Program-made: the position numbers and the translations under genes | Notes under the pieces: generated by a model | The model's input: the letters and a program-made list of their open reading frames with translations, nothing else | Told to the model about the DNA's origin: nothing | Database searches by the model: none | Assembly (NCBI RefSeq): GCF_006345805.1 | Contig: NC_043004.1 | Coordinates: 51,522,001-51,586,000 of the forward strand | Reading direction: 5' to 3' | Length of the DNA stretch: 64,000 bases | Origin: Octopus sinensis | Lineage: Eukaryota | Shown here: positions 36,604 to 48,699 of the stretch, piece after piece | How positions within the stretch are numbered: the stretch's first letter is position 1 | Layout of the letters: every line of letters begins with the position of its first letter

Positions 36604-36637
36604 AATAATAATAATAATAATAATAATGATAATAATA

Positions 36638-36823
36638 ATCCTTTCTGCTATAGGCACAAGGTCTGAAATTTTGGGAGATTACATCAAACCCAATACTTAA
36701 TTTTATTGGCCCCAAAAGGATGAAAGGCAAAGTCGACCTCAGGAGAATTTGAACTCAGAACATAAATGAAATACTGCTAAGCATTTTGCCTGGCTGGTAA
36801 CGATTCTGCCAGTTCGCTGCCTT
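36638..36823 (-). mobile_element. SINE family C
   Basis: atcctttctgctataggcacaagg...ggcaaagtcgacctc...ctgccagttcgctgcctt. Confidence 0.8.
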
Positions 36824-36889
36824 CACATGATGATGATGATGATGATAACAACAACAACAATAACAATGATAATAATAACGACACTTTTT

Positions 36890-39800
36890 ATTGGCCACAA
36901 GGGCCCAACACACGGAGGAAATACAACCCACAAATAGGTGGGGTTTACATTGAAACAAGTGGAGACGCTATAACATTAAAGATGTAACAAAGAGATATAG
37001 AAATAGAAATTGAAAATAAATAATTAATAAATAGAATCCCCAATAATGGCATAGTCCACTTCAAGTAATTCAGGGTGAACCCCACAAAAAATATCCCAGA
37101 TTATTCTGCCACCCACAAGGCGTGAGAAGTGTCATCTTCCAATTTCTTTCCTCCTATACAGAAAAACATACTCAGAGTAGATCCATTGAGCCTCACCAGT
37201 CTTGCCTCTCGTGTCCATCTTTTAATAAACACACTAAAAGGCATCTCAAATGATATTTGAAGAAATTGATGAGAACTTGGTCAGATAGGAAAGTATCTGT
37301 CTTCAAACCTTTCAGACAGGTCCATCACACAACCTCTTTTTTCCACAGCCACTAAGCAGAGAAAGATCTGCTGCCCCTCTCTGCCAAAGGAAGGTGGTAC
37401 ATCAATCTTCACTTGGTAGACAGCTAAATTTGTCTTACAGGAGACAGCAGCAGCACAACCCAAGCCCTAAAGTCACTAATGCAGGGACACTGAATAATTG
37501 CATGTTTCATCCCCTTGCATGCATCTCAGGTAGGTTCACTTGTTGGCACTTCCATGCTTGAAGAGCTTGCCTTGAACAGGCAATGCACCCCTGCAGTACA
37601 TTTGGAAATTGCCCATGGTCTTCAGCAAAAAAGTCCCCTGAGAGACACAACACAGACTGATCACAGAGACAACCAAAGTCAACCATAGGCCACCACTAAC
37701 TACTTTGTCTAGCTGGGTCAATGCAATGAGCCCCTGGCTATGTCCTAAATGCCAAACACCTAATTTTGACCCATGATAGCAGCTTGGTCAATGAGAAGAG
37801 CTGCAGAAAGGTGTGTTGCATGAAGGATGCTCACACCAGTTCATCCTTGTTTTTATCCCATTGTCGACACCATCACAGTGATTTAGGTATTTCTGTGGGT
37901 GCATCAGACTCAGTGCATGATGACACCTCATCAAGGACAGTATCTTAAGACCACCATGGTGTGGGTATTGACAGCAGGTGGATTTTCTGACCAGCAGAAC
38001 CTAACCCTGCCATAAGAATTGAAAAAGGAAACACTCCAATCTGGTCAGAGTTTTCTTGGGACAAGGTACAATGGTTAGACAATAGTATACTCCCAAGGTG
38101 ATATGTGCATTCACTACTTCCACCAAGACTTTCAGAGACAGCTTCCTTTTGACCCATTTCTGGGTGAGATTGATCACTCTAACCATGATCTCTTCCCAGT
38201 TTCTATTCACTTGAAGATTTGGTCTAAACCAGACTCCAAGCACTTCCACTAGTCAGAAATTTCCACTAGTCAAGATAGACTTACCCCTCCAAGAGCCCAG
38301 TCACAAACTCACCGATTTGTCCTGGTTTATGTGTGCTCCTGTACATACCTGATATTCTTCCAGTATAGTGTCAGTCATTTCTATCTCCAAAGAGTTTGAC
38401 ACCATGACAGTAACGTTATCTACATTTGCAGATATGGCTCTTCTGCAACCTAATTCCAGTGGGATACCCCTCAAACTATCCAGCTTTCACAAGGATTCAA
38501 TGCCAAAATATATAAATGCAAGGAGAAGAGGCATCCTTGGCAGATTGAGCATTCAATACAGTAAAGTTCTGAGAGATGGCCATTTAATTTAACCACTGAG
38601 CATTTGCTGCTATAGATTGTGGTGATCCAGCTTTCGAAGACAGGACTGAAACTGACAGTTTTTAGGACAAACACCAGATAGTGATGGTCCACTCTGTTGA
38701 ATACTTTGAACTAGTTTGAATTGACCAGTTTTCTTCCTGTATGTGTCCGAGATTCCCATCCAATCACCCACTGCCACAAATGAGTGAGATGTTCCTAAGA
38801 AAGTCTCTTGACATCATAAAAATCCAGTCATCTGGCTTCTGCTGGAGCATAGACAGCCACTAGTCTTAAGGTTCTACCATCGCCTTCCTTGCTGCTTACA
38901 TTCAAGTCCACCAATCTACCAACCGGGTCTAGGAAAACCATATTTACTTTCATTCAAGGCCTTTCCAAAACAGTACCATGACACCATTAGACTTAGGTCA
39001 ACCAGAGGAGGCATAAATCTTGTAGTCATCTGAAAGTAGGACAAGCAATTGCACCTCAGAAATCCTAGTCTCACTACTAGCTACTACATCCAAATGTAAT
39101 AAAGCAGGTAAACCTGCTTCCACGTAGCCTTCAGGCTATAAGCATTTGCACAACCTATTCTTAGAATTGCCGTTCTAGGAGGAGAGAAAAAAATCAAAAA
39201 AAGGAGTCAGTCACTTACCCTAGTCTTAGGTTAGTCCTAGCCTTTGTAGAGGCCTTCCAATATCCTTTTGTCTAATAAGTTTTTAAAACTGCCAGCATCA
39301 TATGGGAAATGCTTCCTCAAAATATAACACATGGTGAGAGTTGTTCTTATCGGAACCCTCCTTTCTGGAGTTTTGTAAATGGTTAGAGTATCAAGACCCT
39401 CATTGATTGTCAAAGTTTTGTTGCTGTTAGTCTGCAAACTCCGTCAATTCCTCATTCTTCTTTAGTACTGCATAATTGAGAAGCTCGCCCATGAGATGTT
39501 GTTCTAACTGTTCTGTCCCTAGTGGTTGATGAGGTTATTGTCACTGCTGTTGAGAATGCTGTTTCAGTTCTTGGTGTTGCTGTAGCTGGTTTATCTCTTG
39601 TTGTTCTTGCAGTTGCTGAAATTGTTTGCCTGTCATTTTGATTATGAGAAAAGGTGCACTGTTTTCAAGGTTATTCAGCTTGCTGCTCACAGACTTTGCG
39701 AATTTAGGGGTTACATCTGTATTTTGACCCACTCTCCCTCATTTTCTCAACAATCATCCATTTGAGTGTTTTTGTCTCACCTGAGGTTCCTTCCACATCC

Positions 39801-39990
39801 AAGGGGGTCAATACTATTTCTGTTTATTTTTTTTCTCTGTCTGCTCCTGTATTTGTCATGGTAGTTGTTACTGCTTTCTTTTTGGGGATTACAACAGATT
39901 TGGTACTGGGAACAGCAGTACATAATGAGGCACCTCATCAGCAATGGCAAAAAAGTGTTTTGACAACATAGGTGCATACTTTGATGAAGA
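36890..39990 (-). mobile_element. Heavily decayed L1/Tx1-like LINE (endonuclease, RT and C-terminal remnants)
   Basis: DVVASSETRI (APE N-terminus, ~39090), FKVFNRVDHHYL and CQGCLFSLHLYILALNP (RT), LGVWF..KRKLSLK..FLFQFLW (post-RT). The upstream boundary (possible ORF1) is uncertain. Confidence 0.6.
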
Positions 39991-40945
39991 AAACTATTCC
40001 TTGTATTCATAAAACATTAGCAAACTTTTTTTCTTTTCTACAAATTCCATACTTGACAATATTTATGATTTGTATTTTTATCTGTTCGAGTGAGGGGTTT
40101 ACAGGGTGGTTGGAGGTAAGACACAGTAGGTAAATTAATGAATGAATATTGTCAGTGGGTTTCTTTTAGATGGAAATTAAAAGAAGCCTGTTATTTAAAT
40201 AAATATAAATATCTGTATGTGTGCGTGAGTGTGTTGACATTGAGTGACAGTTGTAAATGAGTGTTGCTGTCATATAAACTTACCTGAAATCATGTCTGGC
40301 CAAGAGGAAATAAGTGAGGGTTGGTGACAGGAAGAACACCCAAGAGAAGAAAATCTGTCTCAGCAAACTGTGTCCAACCTATACGTGGATAGAAAAGGGA
40401 ACAAATGGTTGTGTGGTTAAGAAAATTGCATTGCAACCTTGCAGTTCAGGGTTTCAATCCCACTGCACAAGGCATTGAGTAAACATCTTCAGCCAGCCTC
40501 AGGTTAACCATTATCTTCTGGCTGGAAATTATTAGATAGAAACTCTGTATGTGTATGTGTGTGTGTGTGTGCATGCATGTGTGTGTATGTGTGTGTGTTT
40601 GTGTGTGTGCATGTGCATGTGTGTATATGTGTGTGTGTGTGTGTTTATATCTTTTGATGAAGTGCATTGACAAAGGATGTAAAATTCATTAAGAAAGCAA
40701 AAAGAAAAAACTTCTCACCAGTGCTTTATGAGCCCTTGAGGTGTTTGTTCTGCACTGTGCTATAAATGCTCCTTTATCATTCGCACTGTCCAAAGTGAAT
40801 TGAAACAATGATTCATATTATTGTCTGTGATGTTATTGATGTTATTAACTGCAATATTTTGATTCAATATAATAAATAAATAAACAAATAAGGTTTTTCA
40901 CATGTTTTTCTTTAAATTTCTTTTTTCTTGTTTATTTTTTCCTAG

Positions 40946-42535
40946 GAGAAAATTGCCAAGAAAATTAATAGTACTATTGAATTAGTGAAATCAAAGATTA
41001 AGAAAACTTCACCGAATTTAGCGCCAGGATCTGCTTCACATATTTCTAAAAAGTTTTATCCATCTCTCTCCAAAATAAGACTGGTGCCAGAAACGAAAGA
41101 AAATATTTACAAAGATATTGAGGAGATTTCTCTGGAAGGACAGTCTCGTTTCTTTTCTTCTGCATATGCCTCTGTTAACCCTGATATAGAGAGTGACTCA
41201 ACAGCAGAACCTGGAAATAAATCTAAAGAATTAGGTAAAATGGGGGAGAAATCCAAGATGCATGATAAACTTCCAAGTATCTCTAACAAAGAGTTTTATG
41301 GTATTCCTCCACCAATTCCTGAGAAAAATCAAGAATATGACATGTCATTGGATGGTATTGGTTGTGAAAATTACCAGAGAACAAGTACTCTAAAGGTGAG
41401 TAATAGACATTCTGGTGTACTGGAGCGTAAGAATATGCCAAGTGATGATGAGCGATCGGAAGATGAAGGTGATGTTCAGACTGACAAAAGAATTGTAAAT
41501 TCAGGCATGACTTCTGCTCAAAGAAGTAAGAATAATAAACTGAATGGAGGGGTTAAAGTCCGCAGTAAAATGGTAACCCAAAACAATGGAGCTGAGTTTG
41601 ACAAAGATAATGCTAAAGATCAAAGGAAGATTGATGGTAAGGCTGTAAATGTAAGAGAAAGTACTCTGTCCAAAGATATTGCAAGTAGTAAGACATCAAC
41701 GAAGGACATTTCTGCTGACTGTTCTTTTGATGATGAAAGTAATACTTATGATGACATTAGAGAACACTTTGTACGGTTATCAAAAGCATCACCAGAACAA
41801 ACATCAGCACCAGCACCAAACCCGAAACAATCATCAACAACAGCGTTTCAACAAAACTCAAAACCAACACTAGTTATGTCAAAATCCACACCAGCTTCAG
41901 TACAACGAAATAACTCAACTCCAATACCAGTAAAAAAGTCCTCTAAAACATTAACAAAAAGCAGTTCAGTAACAGATAAAGAACAAGATCCAATGCCATT
42001 ACCACAAAACGATTCCTCTCCTGCATCTGAAGGTCAGAGACCATCAGTCCCACTAGCCAATCGACCACCAATGCCAGTCCCTCAACCACCATCCTCAACA
42101 GCAACACTACCACAATCAGCAACAGAAAAAACAAATTCTTCCAAAACATTATCCTCAACAAAATTGGGGATAGCCAAACGACCACCACTGCCAATACCAC
42201 AACCAACAACCCCAACAACACAACCAACAACATCACCAACAGCAGAATCACCAACAACAAAAACAGAAACAGCAACATCAAAATCAGCTCAACAGAATCC
42301 TAAAGAATCTATAGAAAACAGTATCAGTGATGCATCTGTTAAGGAACTGTGCATGCTTTTGGAAAGTTGTGGTTTACATAGAGTAAAAGACATCTGCCAG
42401 GAAAATTATCTTGATGGCTATTTTCTTTCAAAATTATCTGAGAGTTCTTTACAATCAGCACCATTTAACTTATCATCTATAGAAATGATGAAGTTAAAAA
42501 TGATGTTGGAAGGATGGAGACCAAAACTGGAATAA
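40946..42535 (+). CDS. 3'-terminal exon of a host gene: S/T/P-rich adaptor region plus C-terminal SAM-like domain (GAREM-like C-terminus)
   Basis: Uninterrupted 1.59 kb frame in a repeat-saturated window. A pyrimidine tract and acceptor (ttttttcctag, ending 40945) precede it in phase 0. The C-terminus ISDASVKELCMLLESCGL..LDGYFLSKLSESSL..FNLSSIEMMKLKMMLEGWRPKLE* resembles the GAREM SAM domain ending GWRPK (recalled, not searched). It also has Pro-rich motifs PPPIPEK, RPPMPVPQP and RPPLPIPQP, and a YDDI motif. Confidence 0.82.
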   Translation, partial: EKIAKKINSTIELVKSKIKKTSPNLAPGSASHISKKFYPSLSKIRLVPETKENIYKDIEEISLEGQSRFFSSAYASVNPDIESDSTAEPGNKSKELGKMGEKSKMHDKLPSISNKEFYGIPPPIPEKNQEYDMSLDGIGCENYQRTSTLKVSNRHSGVLERKNMPSDDERSEDEGDVQTDKRIVNSGMTSAQRSKNNKLNGGVKVRSKMVTQNNGAEFDKDNAKDQRKIDGKAVNVRESTLSKDIASSKTSTKDISADCSFDDESNTYDDIREHFVRLSKASPEQTSAPAPNPKQSSTTAFQQNSKPTLVMSKSTPASVQRNNSTPIPVKKSSKTLTKSSSVTDKEQDPMPLPQNDSSPASEGQRPSVPLANRPPMPVPQPPSSTATLPQSATEKTNSSKTLSSTKLGIAKRPPLPIPQPTTPTTQPTTSPTAESPTTKTETATSKSAQQNPKESIENSISDASVKELCMLLESCGLHRVKDICQENYLDGYFLSKLSESSLQSAPFNLSSIEMMKLKMMLEGWRPKLE

Positions 42536-42956
42536 TGGAATAATTGTGGTACTGAATGACAAGAAGGATCAAATAATTGAAGAATTGGTGAATGGAATGA
42601 TAGAAGGACTGTATGATTTGAATAATGGAAGATTGAAAGAATTAAATAATGGTGAAAGAAATATTGGACAATTGAATAATGAAATAAGAAAATAATTGAA
42701 TATGAAAGTATTTGAGTACTGAATATTAGAAAAGAAATTACAATATTCCCAATTATAATTTGAATAACTGGATTACTAAACATTTCATATTCTCTCCAAA
42801 CACATAGCAATGCATTCATCTCAATATATCTTTTGGTGTGTGTGTATGTGTGTGTGTATGTGTGTGCATGCATGTATTTATTTGAAAAAATGAACAGAAA
42901 TGGCTTTTCTGATAATCTTTCCACTTTAAAAATTAGATGTTTATAAGTTTATATGA

Positions 42957-43358
42957 TACTAGCAGTATCGCCCGGCATTGCTCGGGTTTGTAAGGGAAAT
43001 AACTATATAAGCATTTTTAGAGAGTTATGGCCAAAAAGTAGCAAAAAAATGCATTAAAAATGGGGAAAAAATGATGGTAAATTTTTTTTTAAATCGTTGA
43101 CTCATCGTAGACATTTTTAGAGAGTTACTTCCCTTATGTAATAGCGAAAAAAATGCATTAAAATGGAAAAAAATGATGGTAAATTTTTTTTTAAATCGTA
43201 GACTCATCGTAGACGTGTGCTAATACCCAGAAGGGCTCGATATGAATCACGACTATAAGATACTCGCTTTTGGTTTAACTGCACCGCAAAATGTGGGAGT
43301 AGTTAGGAATCTAAATCGTAGGAGACAGACACACAACTTCACTTTTATATATAAAGAT
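42957..43358 (+). mobile_element. Helitron-like non-autonomous element
   Basis: Collinear with 10967-11343; ends cttcacttttatatataaagat. Confidence 0.68.
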
Positions 43359-44559
43359 GTATACATCTCTCTCTATATATATATACCTTTTGTAAACTTA
43401 ATAAACATCTAATTATTAAAGTTGAAAAGTTATCAGAAGAGCTATTTTCTATTCATTTTTTTCAAATATTTAATACTGTACCAAGGACTTCCTATTTCTT
43501 TCCTACTACTACTACTACTACACACACACACACACACACACACACGCAGTTGGACTTTAGGATTAGTTTGTCCTTCAAAGTCCCTTACCTCATGGGAAAA
43601 GCAAAAATGCAATTGTGGTGAAAAAAATTCTCATAATTTTAATTCTGTGTGTCTGTATATGTGTACATAATATAATATAATACAATATAGTATATTATAA
43701 TATAATCTAACATAATATAATATGATATATTAAGCATGCTGGGCAAAATACTTAGTGGCATTTTGCCCATCTTTATGTTCTGAGTTCAAATTCCACCAAA
43801 GTCAACTTTGCCTTTTATTCTTTCAGAGTCAATAAAATAAGTACCAGTTCAGCACAAGGGTCGGTGTAATCAACTTAACCCTTCCCCTGAAATTGCTGGC
43901 TTTAGGCCAAAATTTAAAACCAGTATAATATAATATAAACATAATATAATGCATGACGTTACTCCAGTATGGTCACAAACCATGGTACAAGAACCAAAGA
44001 AAAAGTTTAAGTTATCTGAGTTAGAATATCTTTGTATCTTTGTCTATAGTGTCATGTTCATTACAAGAACTATTACCTACATGTTTACAAGTTTCTGTCT
44101 CCTAGTAAGACTGTTTTTGCTCTAGTTTGGAAACCTCTCATCTAAGCATATATTTAGCCTCACCATTTATAGAGAAAAGCTGTATCAGAGATACTTTAAG
44201 CAACACTAAGCACAGTACAAAACAAAATAAGATGGTACCTGTGAAGAACTTCTCAGTAGGCCTCTTTCTTATCTTCTTCAGTTTGTTACATACACATTTA
44301 CTGACATAATTAAATCACAAATAATTATTGGTATAGATGTAAATTTATAATCAAAGTAGTGGTACTGCATGTCCATAAATAATCTCCTTCTTGCTCATTT
44401 TGGAAGAGTTGTTCAGTTATGCAGAGCTACTAACATTTATAACACTACTATAACCTCTCTCTTTTTTTTCTGTCCCAAATAACAATTTCAGGTCCATTAT
44501 GCTTGCACTCGATAAAAGTTGTGCCTGGAACGTTACATCAATATTCCCTGTGTTGGTAT

Positions 44560-44784
44560 ATATCATTTCTCTTGTTTCAGTCATTACACTGTGGCCATGC
44601 TGGTGTACCACCTTGAAGAATTTTAGCTGAATGAAATCAACCCCAGTAGTTATTATTTTAAACCTGGTACTTATTCTATCAGTGTCTTTTACTGAACTGC
44701 TAAGCTACAGGAACATAAACTCACTAACACTGGTTGTCAAGCAACGATGCAAAACAGACACACACACACACACGCACACTCTCG

Positions 44785-44874
<90 letters not shown>

Positions 44875-45035
44875 CAACAGGCTTCTTTCAGTTTCCATCT
44901 ATCAAATTCACTCACAAGGCTTTGGTTGGCTCAAGACAATAGCAGATGACTTGCTTCAGGTGCCATGCAGTGAGACTGATCCTGGAACCATGTGGTCAGG
45001 AAATGAACATCTTATCACACAGCCATGCCTGCACC
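44560..45035 (-). mobile_element. Older diverged SINE family A copy
   Basis: cttgtttcagtcatt..ggccatgctgg, acttattctatc, ggcttctttcagtttcc, acacagcc motifs, with an expanded (CT)n/(CA)n interior. Confidence 0.7.
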
Positions 45036-45050
45036 TATACATACACGCAC

Positions 45051-45108
<58 letters not shown>

Positions 45109-45248
45109 TCCATAGCAGAGTTGTTGTTTATATTTATCCCAGGGTGGTAGTCTCTGTCCTGCAAACAGCATTGTATATTGCTTAAGCAACAACATCATGC
45201 CACAATAGAGTGGGGTTGTAGCCCAGGAATGACAGTTTTTTCATATCA

Positions 45249-45428
45249 GGACAATTACCCCACTAGGACAATTGCTCTCCATAGGACAATTCCCCCAATG
45301 ACAACTACCCCCTAAGACAATTACCCCATTTGATTAACTATCCCCTCTCCAATATATTAAGAAGTTTTAAATCATCATCTGCTGTCCTCAGGGGTAATTG
45401 TCCTTGGTGGGTAAATGTCCTAGACTCC
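45249..45428. repeat. Modular ~17 bp repeats with inverted copies (foldback-like MITE remnant)
   Basis: Five gacaatt(a/g/c)ccc-like units at 45249-45330 and two inverted units (ggggtaattgtcc, gggtaaatgtcc) at 45391-45420. Confidence 0.6.
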
Positions 45429-45544
45429 ATTTTTTGGCAGCTGCTGATTGCATATGTAATGTGACATAATCAACATTTAAGCTTGCATGTTGGGAGCTTA
45501 TGAGCTTCACTGTCTCTTTTGTTGATATATATATTTCACCTGCT

Positions 45545-45690
45545 TTTGGATTGATGTGTTCCTTTCTGTGGAGGAGCGTAGGCTCAAAATGTTAAAGACT
45601 TTCTCACTTCCCGAGCCTTATACAAATATATCTGTTTGTTGTCTACACCACCTGTCTTTGTCTTTTGTTTTTTTTGTGAATTCTCCCTAT
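45545..45690 (+). mobile_element. Penelope-like terminal repeat fragment with decayed hammerhead
   Basis: Homologous to the reverse complement of 25862-25990; cttt ctgtgga ggagc gtag gctc aaaat gtt aaag at 45562-45597. Confidence 0.65.
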
Positions 45691-45694
45691 ATAT

Positions 45695-45742
<48 letters not shown>

Positions 45743-46158
45743 CAGGGTGAACCAAAAGTAGGTGGATAGTAGGTTAAATAGGGTTTATGTTAGAGTTAAA
45801 TTATAACCAGTGTTGATGAAATTTTCAGTGCTTTTGTATTGTATTATTGTATACAATAAAATTTGTTTATGTAATAATTGTTTATCAAAATTTAATTGTA
45901 TTAGTATGTAATCTCAAAATAAATGTTTTTTACTGTCTACCTACTATTCGTTGACCCTGTATATATACATATATAATTGAAAACTAAGAGGAGAGTGGCG
46001 ATTTATATATATATATACAGATCTGGCCAGTTTGAACATAAAGCAGATAGAATATTTGGGCTGAATATGGCCAATTTAAATGATAAAGGGTTAAAGTTGA
46101 AGAATGTGAATGTAGAGAGAGGTGGCCTCCTCCAGTCTACATTAATTACAAGCAAAAT

Positions 46159-46541
46159 GGATGGAAGCACTCCGTCGGTTATGACGACGAGGGTTCCGGT
46201 TGATCCAATCAACGGAACAGCCTGCTCGTGAAATTCACGTGCAAGTGGCTGAGCACTCCACAGACACGTGTACCCTTAATGTAGTTTTCAGGGATATTCA
46301 GCGTGACACAGAGAGTGACAAGGCTGGCCCTTTGAAATACAGGTACAACAGAAACAGGAAGTAAGAGTGAGAGAAAGTTGTGGTGAAAGAGTACAGCAGG
46401 GATCACCACCATCCCTGCCGGAGCCTCGTGGAGCTTTAGGTGTTTCTATCAATAAACACTCACAATGCCCGGTCTGGGAATCAAAACCGCGATCCTACGA
46501 CCGCGAGTCCGCTGCCCTAACCACTGGGCCATTGCGCCTCC
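46159..46541 (-). mobile_element. SINE family B with 12 bp TSD
   Basis: tacaagcaaaat at 46147-46158 and 46542-46553. Confidence 0.92.
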
Positions 46542-46802
46542 TACAAGCAAAATAATGTCATTTGTAATCTAGTGATGAGAGTGGCACTTACGTTAACAAG
46601 TTATGTATTTGAAACATAGGCATTAAATGCATTGAAAATTGATTTTGTGATAATTTCTAACGGCTAAGTTACAGGGAAGTAAACAAACCAACACCAGTTA
46701 TCAGTGGGGGAATAAACACAATGGACATGCACGCCAATATTCATACATACACACATACATGCACTCACATACACACACTTGCAAACACACACACACACAC
46801 AC

Positions 46803-46840
<38 letters not shown>

Positions 46841-47901
46841 GATCAATAAAATAAGTACCAGTCAAGCACTGGGGTCAATGTAAACGACTTACCCCTCCCC
46901 CAATTTTCTGGCCTTGTGCCAAAATTTGGAACTAATATATATATATATATATATTTGTAGGAATAACATAACCATCACTTGGAAGCAAGTATGACTTGGT
47001 ACCATGTGAAATGCTTTCACCCAATTATTTCTAGAACCTATGAAGTTGTGAGCAGATGGAGACATCTTCTCAGCCCCCTCACCATTGATCTAGCGGAGCA
47101 CCCAGAATGTGACAGCTGGTGAGGGAGGGGGCTGCTCCAGCTTTGGCTGGCACTTATTTCAATTGGGTAGAATGTAGCAATATAAAATGAAGTGCCTTGC
47201 TCATGGACACAATGCATATTCTGGTACAGGAATTGAACCTATAACATAGTGGTTATGAGCCTAATGCTGTAACAACTAGGCCACATGATTTAAAATGAAC
47301 ACAAAGGTAGTTTTTTTTTTGGCTTCATTTAATTTTTCCTACTTCCTTTTGAAAACAAACCATGTAATATAGTATGACCCATTATTTTCCATATTGTAAA
47401 ACATTCTTTATAATTTATAAAGCTGTGATGATTTTTATAACACGGGTATACTAGTATACATTTATAGATGATATATTTTTATAATGTCAGGGTACAATGG
47501 AGGTAGGTAATGTACTTCACTCACTGGTATTGCATGTTCAAGTTTCATGTGTGTTCTTTTCTCCTTACTGCTACACCATTCGCTATTGCTACTACCACTA
47601 CCATCATGCCAACCTTCACACTACCGCCACCACCACCACTACTAAAAACAACAATGACACTTCTGCATTTCCTTTCCTAGCACCATTACTAAATCAGCCT
47701 CTCCTTCACTACCTATTATTAGCAAACCTAGCATACCTTTCTCGGTCATCACTTCTACTACTCTCCATATTTCAGTTGCAAAGGTGACAAGTTGCTAAGA
47801 ATCATTGGCACATTGATGTTTTGAGTTCAAATTCTGTCAAGATCAACTTTGCTTTTCTTCCTTTCAGGGTCAATAAAATAAGTACCAGTTGAGCACTGGG
47901 G

Positions 47902-47954
<53 letters not shown>

Positions 47955-48699
47955 TGCACTGTTTATTTGTTGATAAGAACAGCTAAGGAAAGCACAGAAT
48001 TCAGTAAGAGTGAAATATAATCTAATGCATATGTGAGCTACTTCAAGTTTCATGTTCACAGGGTGCAATATTGGGATGCACTTACATAAAATTGGATTAT
48101 ACATGGGATACCTTATATGAGTGTGTCTGAATTATTTCTTCTGAACAAGAAACTTAAAGTAGGTCAAGTTTAATTTCTGCAGTCATTAAATGATAACATA
48201 TATATATATTCATTTTTATTCATTTTCCATGGCTATTTTTCTGTTTGGGTTAGCCGAATATATTTTTGAGACATTGTCCTACAGTTGGAAGCCCTTCTTG
48301 TCACCATCCCTTACTTGTGTTTGAAGTAAGGAGATATTATATTTCACATGTTTTCGAAGGTGTAAAGCCAGCAAATAATTTGTTGACAGGAGAAATGACA
48401 ACAACATCACCGTTTATAGCTTGTGATTTCTGAAGAAGTGCAAATGTAAACATATACACAGATACACATATGTGCACATGTACACACACACACACACACA
48501 TGTGATGGGCTTCTTTCAGTTTCTATTGGTCAAATTCACTTACATAACTTTGGTTAACCTGAGCCTTCATACATGACACTTTCCTGCGGTGTCATACATT
48601 GGGATTGAATATACATATATACACAAAACACACATAAGCTATGTGATTAAAAATATTAGTCAAATTTTTATTGAGTAATTTATGCTTTGCAATGTGTGA

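Noticed and set aside
39480-39990. Gln-rich minus-strand ORF fragments as a host gene
   Set aside because: They are interrupted by stops and collinear with the decayed L1/Tx1 element, so more likely an ORF1 remnant.
42536-42760. Purine-rich gaataat-type degenerate repeat just after the stop codon, with a short open alternative frame
   Set aside because: Low-complexity 3' UTR sequence with no start codon or motif support.
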